From assembly GCA_039186165.1 (NCBI GenBank), contig JBCDAG010000001.1, positions 4,040-68,039 on the forward strand: 64,000 bases of DNA. The letters run 5' to 3'. This DNA is from Cyanobacteria bacterium P01_F01_bin.53. Its GTDB lineage: Bacteria; Cyanobacteriota; Cyanobacteriia; Phormidesmidales; Phormidesmidaceae. Every line of letters starts with the position of its first letter. Position 1 is the stretch's first letter. The notes beneath the pieces were generated by a model. It had not been told where the DNA came from. It searched no databases and saw nothing but the letters and a program-made list of their open reading frames with translations. The position numbers and the translations under genes were made by a program. Below are positions 1 through 7,653 of the stretch, in pieces.

Positions 1-673
1 TGAGCTTAAGGCGTAGGCCGATAAAGCGAGGCCAGCTTAATACTTTATAGACCAGTCGCTTTAAGGGAGAAAGCATCTTCGCTAAAAGGCCAGGGACTTG
101 GGCTGGGGCTTGGAAAATGGTGACCTGAAAATGGCCTTTTGCCAAGCCAGCATCGTAGTGAGGGGTGATCATCCAAGCGTAGTAGCGACTGAGTTCACCT
201 TCAGTGGGCTGGCCTCGCCACCATCGTTGTAGCTGCTGGGGATGGTTAAGATCGAAAACAAAGAGTCCCCCGTCTCTCAGTGATGCGTGCACACGCTGGA
301 AGACTTGGGTCAATTCTTCTAAGGTCATCAGGTGATTGAGTGAGGCACTGGTGGAAAAAACGCCGTCAAAGTGGTTTCCTAAGTCAAAAGTGCGGGCATC
401 TTCCAGGCAGTAGGTGGCCTGGGGGGCATTTCTCTGGGCGTAGCTGAGCATGTCTTCGGAGCCATCTAGTCCCGTCACTTGGTAGCCCAAGTCTATGAGG
501 GGTTGTATGAGCTGCCCAGTGCCACAACAGAGATCGAGGATGTTTCCTTGGGCGGGGATATGGGGTATGAGAACTCGCTTGAGCAGCTCTAGCTGAGGTT
601 GGCTGTACTCTGGCCCCATGGTTTGGTTATAGAGCCAGGCCCAGCTGTTGTAGTCAGAATATCGGGAGGTCAT
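1..673 (-). CDS. Class I SAM-dependent methyltransferase (3' end outside window; not in supplied ORF track)
   Basis: Manual translation from ATG at 673: MTSRYSDYNSWAWLYNQTMGPEY...ILDLCCGTG (motif I)...VTGLDGSEDML...FDGVFSTSASLNHL...LRDGGLFVFDLN. Frame is open to base 1. Confidence 0.92.
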   Translation of the reverse strand, partial: MTSRYSDYNSWAWLYNQTMGPEYSQPQLELLKRVLIPHIPAQGNILDLCCGTGQLIQPLIDLGYQVTGLDGSEDMLSYAQRNAPQATYCLEDARTFDLGNHFDGVFSTSASLNHLMTLEELTQVFQRVHASLRDGGLFVFDLNHPQQLQRWWRGQPTEGELSRYYAWMITPHYDAGLAKGHFQVTIFQAPAQVPGLLAKMLSPLKRLVYKVLSWPRFIGLRLKL

Positions 674-721
674 AGAACGCAGGGGAAAGAGGTTGGCTAG
701 GGGTTTCTCTCGTATCTCGAG

Positions 722-750
722 GTTGCCAGATTAGGAGTTGCCAGATTAGG
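722..750. repeat. 15-nt-period tandem duplication (GTTGCCAGATTAGG x2) spanning the stop codon of the 746..4114 gene
   Basis: gttgccagattagg-a-gttgccagattagg read directly. Confidence 0.85.
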
Positions 751-3700
751 TGAGAATGGGGGGTGGGGAAAGTGTCTTATTCTTTAGCATGGCTTTGATA
801 TAGGTATCGAAAAGAGATTGGTTGAGCTCAGGGAGATGGAAGGGGGCGTTTTGTAGGTAGGTGTAGGTTTGGGTTGTGTCGAAAGGAATGTCTGGAATGG
901 ATTGGTCGGGTTCGTCGGGGGTGTTTTGGCGGGAAGAAAACAGGGCGACTAGTGGGTAGAGGGGGTGCGTTTTATCTCCTTGGGCAATGTGCATAAGTTT
1001 TTGGTGCCATGTGTCGTAGGGCACGCGTTGGATGGGATATCCTGCGGCTTGGCAGGCTTCAAAAAGGAGATCGGAAGAAGCTGAGTGGGGGTGGATGAGG
1101 TGGAAGGCTTTGCCGAGGGCAATGGGTTGTTGTGAGAGATAGACAATGGCGTTGGCCGCATAGTCTACAGGGAGAAGGTCGAGCGGGGTTTGGCCGGTTG
1201 GGGCCATGCCAGACTGGACATACCCTTGCATCAGGCGATAGAGGAAGTCGTTGGGGTTGAAAACACCGGTTTGACTGTGGCCAGAAATGGGGCCAGGCCG
1301 ATAGATAGTGGTGGCAAGGTGGCGATCACGGGCCTGGGCAACCAGTTGTTCGGCGACCCATTTGCTGCGGTTGTATCCGCCCACGGGTGCTGGATATTGG
1401 CTTAAGTCAGCCTGTTCGTAGATTTTAGTTTGGCCGGGGAGTGGATTGGTTGGCAGGACGCTCAGTGTGGAGATGTAGTGCAGGGCCTTAGGCGAGCCGT
1501 GGCAGGCCAGTTTGATAATTTCTTGGGTGCCGAGGACGTTGGTGTCTCTGAGTTGGGCGTAGGGGGAAATGTGGTGAACCTGAGCGCCATTGTGGTAAAT
1601 GGCATCGATTTGGTCTGCAAGGGTGTAAAACTGTTGTTTTGAGAGTCCTAAATATGGTTGAGCTAGATCACCCGTGATGGGCCTAATGCGTGATTGAAAA
1701 GACTCTTGCCAAATTTGGTAATCGGTGAGACGTTGCTTGAGTTTGGCCAGTCCGTCATTTGGCGTGTTGGCCCGGATAAGACAGTAGACAGTTGTTTCGG
1801 TTTGGGTTAGGAGTGCCTGTAAGAGAAATGCGCCGAGAAAGCCTGTTGCGCCGGTTAGAAGAATGTTTTGGTGAACGCGTTTTGATATTGCGGAAGAGTG
1901 GGCTGGCTCCTCTTGGCTTTTGGGGGAATTTTGGAAGTTGGGGTGAATCTCGGAGGGCAGATGACGATCTTGTTGCCAGTCTATTTTTCCTGCTGTTGTT
2001 CTACTGGGTGTCGTTTGAGTAGGTGTTGTTTGAGAGGTCTCTGGCGGCTCGATCTGTTGTTGAGAACTGGCAGGTTGAGAACTGACAGCGTTGCCTTTGA
2101 GAAGGGCAATAATGGCGGGTTTATTCTCTTTGAGCTGAGCGGTTAAATCTGGGGCGAGGGCTCCTTTCGGGGCGTTGCAGCGCAGCGTATCGCCGTCTAG
2201 CCATAGGCGGATATCGAGGGATTGGAGATGGTTGAGAAAGGGGGTAAGGGTATCGGTGGGGGAGTCCATGCTGGGTTGTTTGGGGGCAGTATTGATGCGT
2301 TTTTTGGTGGCTGTGGCTGTGGCTGTGGCTGTGGAGGAGTGACTAGGCCGCTTTACAGGGATAAGATGGGCGGTTCTGAATTCTGAGGACTGAGGCGAGA
2401 GTTCGATTTGGTGACGACCCAAGAGGCGATCGCACACCTTTCCTGCTTTTCGACAACTGTCCATTAACTGATTGGATTCTAGAATCGGCGAAGCATCTGG
2501 GGCGTAGTCAATGGATGTGATGTAGGTAAGCCATGGCTCTTGGCCCATGGCGTAGATATAGACTTCTGTTGGATTGAGTTGTTGTACTAGGGCGCTGGCG
2601 CGTTCGGCATTTGAGCCATCTAATCGACGGGCTTGGGCTTGACTGTGGGGGACTGGGTTGGGGAGCAGGGGTCCGTAGGCCCAGGTAAAGGGGGCACCGT
2701 CGCATTCCATCCCAAGAAACAACACATCTAAGTCGTCGAAAAGGTGGTGGATATGGGCATAGAGGTCTGGGTCTAAATTGTTGGAATCAGCGGCGCAGAG
2801 GATGGAACGGCCTTGCAGCGTGATCCAGTAGGCGTTTTTGGTGGCGATATTGAGATCACCATGTTCTCCAAGTACGGGAATGCTGATGATTTGACCGCTG
2901 TTTTCCCCGTCGGTTAAGGGGATGCTTTCTAGTTCGTCTAGGGTGAGGATGTTAGAGAACCCGATTTGCTGGAGGGCAAGCTTCAGGGAGGGGTCGAGGA
3001 GAGAGCCTTTTTGACTGCTGGGCACGACGACATGCTTGATTTTGTGCCGCAGTTGCAGCAAGGTTTCGAGCATGACGTGATCCTGATGGTTGTGGGTGAT
3101 CAGGGCGTAGTCAATGGTGGCGGGGAGGTCGGTATAGCTGTAGCGAGCCATGCCGCTGGGATGCTCGTAGCTGACTAGCGGATCGCAGAGGATGGAAATA
3201 TGGGCGGTTTCGATCAGGACGCAAGCGTGTCCAAAGTAGCGAACTCTAAGGCCTTTTTCTTGGCTGCCTTTTTCTTGGCCAGGGGCTTGATCTTGTCTAG
3301 GGTCTTGATCTTCTTGGTCGGAGGCTTGATAGGGCTCTGGCGTTTGGGGCGCGTCAGGGGTGAATAGGCTATAGAAGAAGGGGCGGCTTTGTTCCGGGAT
3401 ATTGAGGCGGTTGGCGATCGCACTGACAGATTGCGGCGTATGGCGCATCCGAAAGAGGTCATCTAAGCGAGCATCCGCAAAGGGAATGGATAAAAACAAA
3501 CTCTCTTCGTCGGGTAGGCGAGGTGTGCTCATCACAAAAGCTCGCTGATCGCAATCAGCGATGCGAAGTGCGATGCTTTGACTATCAGGGCTGTAGTATT
3601 CGCTGCGGTAGAGTAAGCCTTCGATGAAGCGAATGGAGGCACTGTTATGGGCATCGTATACCAGTTCTACGTAGCCCTTAAGAGGGTCGGGAATTTGGGC

Positions 3701-4114
3701 ATAGAGGGGTTCTAAGGAGTGGCCAGGGGGATGGGCCTCAAGTTGGGCACGTAGTTGGGCGATCGCATCACTTAAGGCCAGGAGTCGGCTTTGTTCTGAT
3801 TTTGTTTTTTCAAGGAGCGCATGAACCTCATCCACCCGGCTGGCTGGATGCTGAATAAAGGGGCCACCCATCATGGCTGGATCGCGCAGGGTGGTTTCGT
3901 GGACCTCAGGGGCATCAATGAACGACTGCATTACCTTAAACTGCGACTGGGTAAGATACCGCGAGGCAGTCGCCGGTGGAATCAGGGCACTCCAGGCGTA
4001 CCACTGGTTAATCAGTGGCTCGGCGATGACATCGGGTTTCAAGTAGCCGAGAAAGTCTTTCATCGGCTGATGTTTGGATGTGCTGTTGGTTGTGTTGCCT
4101 GCCGGTAGTGTCAC
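746..4114 (-). CDS. Tri-domain protein: CmlA-like MBL-fold diiron beta-hydroxylase + TubC_N/beta-hairpin docking domain + thioester reductase (R); no carrier domain
   Basis: N-terminal YLKPDVIAEPLINQWYAW, YFGHAC, THNHQDH (HxHxDH at 3077-3094), GEHGDL, ADS. Internal FLNHLQSLDIRLWLDGDTLRCNAPKGAL (~2095-2250). C-terminal TGATGFLG, YISTLS, YNRSK (1361-1375). GTG start preceded by GGAGGAG. Confidence 0.92.
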   Translation of the reverse strand: MTLPAGNTTNSTSKHQPMKDFLGYLKPDVIAEPLINQWYAWSALIPPATASRYLTQSQFKVMQSFIDAPEVHETTLRDPAMMGGPFIQHPASRVDEVHALLEKTKSEQSRLLALSDAIAQLRAQLEAHPPGHSLEPLYAQIPDPLKGYVELVYDAHNSASIRFIEGLLYRSEYYSPDSQSIALRIADCDQRAFVMSTPRLPDEESLFLSIPFADARLDDLFRMRHTPQSVSAIANRLNIPEQSRPFFYSLFTPDAPQTPEPYQASDQEDQDPRQDQAPGQEKGSQEKGLRVRYFGHACVLIETAHISILCDPLVSYEHPSGMARYSYTDLPATIDYALITHNHQDHVMLETLLQLRHKIKHVVVPSSQKGSLLDPSLKLALQQIGFSNILTLDELESIPLTDGENSGQIISIPVLGEHGDLNIATKNAYWITLQGRSILCAADSNNLDPDLYAHIHHLFDDLDVLFLGMECDGAPFTWAYGPLLPNPVPHSQAQARRLDGSNAERASALVQQLNPTEVYIYAMGQEPWLTYITSIDYAPDASPILESNQLMDSCRKAGKVCDRLLGRHQIELSPQSSEFRTAHLIPVKRPSHSSTATATATATKKRINTAPKQPSMDSPTDTLTPFLNHLQSLDIRLWLDGDTLRCNAPKGALAPDLTAQLKENKPAIIALLKGNAVSSQPASSQQQIEPPETSQTTPTQTTPSRTTAGKIDWQQDRHLPSEIHPNFQNSPKSQEEPAHSSAISKRVHQNILLTGATGFLGAFLLQALLTQTETTVYCLIRANTPNDGLAKLKQRLTDYQIWQESFQSRIRPITGDLAQPYLGLSKQQFYTLADQIDAIYHNGAQVHHISPYAQLRDTNVLGTQEIIKLACHGSPKALHYISTLSVLPTNPLPGQTKIYEQADLSQYPAPVGGYNRSKWVAEQLVAQARDRHLATTIYRPGPISGHSQTGVFNPNDFLYRLMQGYVQSGMAPTGQTPLDLLPVDYAANAIVYLSQQPIALGKAFHLIHPHSASSDLLFEACQAAGYPIQRVPYDTWHQKLMHIAQGDKTHPLYPLVALFSSRQNTPDEPDQSIPDIPFDTTQTYTYLQNAPFHLPELNQSLFDTYIKAMLKNKTLSPPPILT
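2307..2334. repeat. (GTGGCT)4+ microsatellite encoding TATATATAT in the hydroxylase-docking linker
   Basis: gtggctgtggctgtggctgtggctgtgg. Confidence 0.85.
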
Positions 4115-7100
4115 AGTGCAATCTCCTCCCGTTCTTCGTCACCACTCACTGGCTGCTGCATTTTGGCCAGCTGTTGTTTTTGCTCAATGCGCTGTGCTAG
4201 AGCAGCTACCGTGGTGGCTTCAAATAAATCAATCACGGTAATTTCTACTTCAAATACGCTTAGCAGCTGTGCAACGAGCTGCGTGGCAAGCAACGAGTGA
4301 CCTCCTAATTCAAAGAAATCGTCATAAATGCCCACGGATTCTAGGGACAACACTTGAGCAAAAATCTGTGAAAGAGACTTTTCAGTATCACTGCGTGGTG
4401 CAATGGCAGGCTGAGAAGAGATGGCCACGGGCGTAGGCAATGCCCGCATATCCACCTTCCCATTGGGGGTAAGCGGTAAGGCCGGTAACCACATAAATAC
4501 AGAGGGCACCATGTACTGAGGTAGGGTCTCAGCTACAAATTGGCGCATGTCGTTAGGTGTCGCGTTCTCTTCATTGGCAACTGTTGGCACACCATAGGCC
4601 ACCAATCGTTTGTCACCTGGGGTGTCTTCTCTGACGGTCACCAGTGCGGTCTTCATGTGTGGGTGAGATTGCAGGATTCGTTCTACCTCACCTAGCTCAA
4701 TACGGAAGCCGCGTATTTTTGTCTGGGTGTCGATGCGACCGAGAACCTTAATGCGACCGTCGGGGAGGTAGGTGGCGAGGTCGCCGGTTTTGTAGAGGGT
4801 GTTTGGGGTTCGACTACGCTCACCCCCCGTAGATTCTGAGGTTGAGATTTCTGCGGGGTAGAAGGGGTTGGGAATAAAGCGCTCAGCGGTTAGGTCTGGG
4901 CGGTTTAAGTATCCTCGGGCGATGCCAACGCCACCGATGTGGAGTTCTCCAACGACTCCGACGGGCAGGAGCTGAAGATTGTTGTCAAGAATGTAGAGCT
5001 GTTTGTTGGTGCTTGGGAGGAGGGTTGGTTCTACAGGGTGTCCATTGCCGCAGGGGACCATGCTGGCGTTGACGGTGGTTTCGGTGGGGCCATAGGCGTT
5101 AATGAATAAACGATCTTTGCCCCAGGTTTTGACCAATGATGGGGCAGGTGCTTCTCCACCGACGAGGACCATGCGGAGGTGGGGGAAGTTGTCATAAAGG
5201 GGACCAGAAGGGACGCTGGTGAGGGCGGAGGGGGTAAGGGTGATGTGGGTGACTTTGTGGCACGCAATCAGATCGCTGAGATCGGGGCCGGGGAGAAGTG
5301 TGGTGGGTGGTGCTAACAACAGTTGGGCACCACTGCCCAGAGCCATGATGATCTCGGGGATGGAGGCATCAAAGCTGAAGGAAAAGAACTGTAGAATGCA
5401 GTCGCTGGGGCGTACGCCGCAAACGCGAATTTTGTCTTCGGTAAGGTTAACCAGGCCACCGTGTGGAATGAGGACGCCTTTGGGTTTGCCAGTGGAGCCT
5501 GAGGTGTAAATGAGATAGGCGAGATTGGCAGGTGTGACGGCGTTCTTTGGATTGGTGAGCGGCTGTTCGGTGGGCCACTCTGTGTCGAGGTTAATTCGTT
5601 GAGTGGTGGTGGTGAGTGTGAGTTGACTGTTAGCGAGATGACCGTTAGCGACGTGGCTGTGGGTGAGGAGAATAGGGACTTGGGCGTCTTCTAGCATGTA
5701 GGTGAGACGCTCGGCAGGATAGGTGGGGTCCAGGGGTAAATATGCACCGCCTGCTTTCAGGACTGCGAGGAGGGCGATGATCATATGGGGCGATCGCTCG
5801 ATGCAAATGCCCACAATCGTTTCCGGGCCGACCCCAAGGGATTGGAGCTGATGAGCGAGCTGGTTGCTGCGTTGATTTAGCTCGGTGTAGGTGAGTTGTT
5901 CAATAGACGGCTCAGTGCCGGAGCTTGTATCGTTGCTGCTGTTGTCGAAGGTGAGTGCGATCGCATCTGGATACTGCTCAACCTTCTCTTCAAACAACTG
6001 ATGAAAACAACAATCTTGGCGATAGGGCCGTTGAGTATTATTCCACTCCACCAGTTGCTGCTGTTGCTCTTTATCCGTGAGCATAGGAAGCTCAGAAATT
6101 GGACTTTCTGGCGTTGCTGCAATTGAGGCGAGCAATGTTTTAAAGTGCTCCACCATACGCTGGATGGTTTCGGGCTTGAAAAGGTCGCTGTTGTATTCAA
6201 AACCACCCACAATCCCCTCAGCTGTTTCATACAAGTCAACACTGAGATCTAACTTGGCTGTGGTGATCGATTGCGGCAGTCGCTTGAAGGTCAAACCTGG
6301 TAGGGTAATCGTTTCCTGCGGTGGATTTTCTAGGCGAAATTTAACCTGAAAGAGTGGGCTGTAGCTGAGGTCTCGTTCTGGTTGTAGGGCCTCGACAAGT
6401 TTTTCGAAGGGGAGCTCTTGGTGATCGTAGGCGGCCCAGGTTGTGGTTTTGATATGGTCGAGCAGGGCCGTGAAACTCGCTTGCGGGGTAAGGTGGGATG
6501 GCGCACTCCCGCCCAGGGAGGTTCGCAATACCAGCGTATTTACAAATAGTCCAATCAAACCTTCCACTTCTGCCCTATGTCGATTGGCGATGGGGGTTCC
6601 TACAACTAAATCTGTCTGCCCTGTGTAGCGATACAGCAGCACCTTAAACGCTGCCAGCAGTGTCATAAATAAGGTGGCAGATTGCTGCTGACCAAGGGTT
6701 CTGAGCCGTTCACTCAGTTCTTTGGACAGCGAAAACTGTTCTATCGCGCCGCGATAGGTTTGTACCCGTGCCCGAGGATAGTCGGTTGGCAGCTGTAGCA
6801 CGGCCTGATTGACATCTAGCTGTTTTTTCCAGTAGTTGAGCTGGGTGTCTAACTCCTTGCCTTGCAGCCAGTTTTGTTGCCAAATGGCAAAGTCGGCATA
6901 TTGGATGGGGAGTGCCGGTAGAGACGTTGTTTGCCCGATGAGTGCTGCTTTATAGAAGGTGGCCAGCTCCTGGATTAAAATCTCCTGTGACCAACCGTCG
7001 GCAATAATATGGTGCACGGTGAAGAGCACAACAGATTTGGTATCGCTTAGGGAGAGTACGGTGACACGGAGTAGCTGATCCTGACTGAGATCAAAAGGCT

Positions 7101-7653
7101 TTTGGGCATCGTCGAGCGCTGCCTGTTTTACGGCGTCTTCAGGGTGAGCGCTGTCTTGGAGGTTTATATGCTGTATTTCAATGGGGGCAGGCTCTTGCAC
7201 TTTCTGTACGGGCTGGCCCTCCACCGTGACGAACCGAGTGCGCAACACCTCATGACGGCGAACAATTTCGTTCAGACTTTGGCTAAAGGCCTCAGTTTCT
7301 AAAAAACCTTCGACTTGAATTGCCATCGGCAAATTATAGACGGCCAAGTCTGGCTGCATTTGATGGAGGAACCAAAGGCGCTGTTGGGCAAACGATAGGG
7401 GAATTGGCCCGCCCTGGCGAGGGGCTGGTGAAATAGTCGGTACAGCCCGCTTGTTAGGGAGCTGTTGTAGAAATGCGATGATATCCGGTTTCCGGGCCTT
7501 TAACTGGGCGTTTAGTTCATCAGTTAAAACCGCTTCTGGGCCGCTACAGCGCAGTCGCTCCCCGTCCATCCACAGTTTGACCTCTTGGCGGGATAGCTCG
7601 GCCAAGAATGTTTCGATATTGGTTAGGGTGGTGGCAGTGTTCATCGGGTTCAT
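4111..7653 (-). CDS. NRPS betaHD(TubC_N)-C-A-T, final module; A domain probably aromatic (Tyr/Phe-like)
   Basis: N-terminal FLAELSRQEVKLWMDGERLRCSGP; HHIIADGWS; YTSGSTGKPKG; manually read code DAPTLGAVNK; FFELGGHSL; C-terminal tail EEREEIAL. Confidence 0.93.
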   Translation of the reverse strand: MNPMNTATTLTNIETFLAELSRQEVKLWMDGERLRCSGPEAVLTDELNAQLKARKPDIIAFLQQLPNKRAVPTISPAPRQGGPIPLSFAQQRLWFLHQMQPDLAVYNLPMAIQVEGFLETEAFSQSLNEIVRRHEVLRTRFVTVEGQPVQKVQEPAPIEIQHINLQDSAHPEDAVKQAALDDAQKPFDLSQDQLLRVTVLSLSDTKSVVLFTVHHIIADGWSQEILIQELATFYKAALIGQTTSLPALPIQYADFAIWQQNWLQGKELDTQLNYWKKQLDVNQAVLQLPTDYPRARVQTYRGAIEQFSLSKELSERLRTLGQQQSATLFMTLLAAFKVLLYRYTGQTDLVVGTPIANRHRAEVEGLIGLFVNTLVLRTSLGGSAPSHLTPQASFTALLDHIKTTTWAAYDHQELPFEKLVEALQPERDLSYSPLFQVKFRLENPPQETITLPGLTFKRLPQSITTAKLDLSVDLYETAEGIVGGFEYNSDLFKPETIQRMVEHFKTLLASIAATPESPISELPMLTDKEQQQQLVEWNNTQRPYRQDCCFHQLFEEKVEQYPDAIALTFDNSSNDTSSGTEPSIEQLTYTELNQRSNQLAHQLQSLGVGPETIVGICIERSPHMIIALLAVLKAGGAYLPLDPTYPAERLTYMLEDAQVPILLTHSHVANGHLANSQLTLTTTTQRINLDTEWPTEQPLTNPKNAVTPANLAYLIYTSGSTGKPKGVLIPHGGLVNLTEDKIRVCGVRPSDCILQFFSFSFDASIPEIIMALGSGAQLLLAPPTTLLPGPDLSDLIACHKVTHITLTPSALTSVPSGPLYDNFPHLRMVLVGGEAPAPSLVKTWGKDRLFINAYGPTETTVNASMVPCGNGHPVEPTLLPSTNKQLYILDNNLQLLPVGVVGELHIGGVGIARGYLNRPDLTAERFIPNPFYPAEISTSESTGGERSRTPNTLYKTGDLATYLPDGRIKVLGRIDTQTKIRGFRIELGEVERILQSHPHMKTALVTVREDTPGDKRLVAYGVPTVANEENATPNDMRQFVAETLPQYMVPSVFMWLPALPLTPNGKVDMRALPTPVAISSQPAIAPRSDTEKSLSQIFAQVLSLESVGIYDDFFELGGHSLLATQLVAQLLSVFEVEITVIDLFEATTVAALAQRIEQKQQLAKMQQPVSGDEEREEIAL
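4123..4129 (-). promoter_or_regulatory. Shine-Dalgarno GGAGGAG for the 746..4114 gene, embedded in the codons of the upstream EEREEIAL tail
   Basis: Minus strand GAACGGGAGGAGATTGCACTGTGA; 8-nt spacer to GTG; GTGA start/stop overlap. Confidence 0.75.

Noticed and set aside
2400-4114. MBL-fold domain as a beta-lactamase, resistance gene or hydrolytic release enzyme
   Set aside because: The long CmlA-type N-terminal region and GEH motif, next to an aromatic-type NRPS module, fit a diiron beta-hydroxylase better
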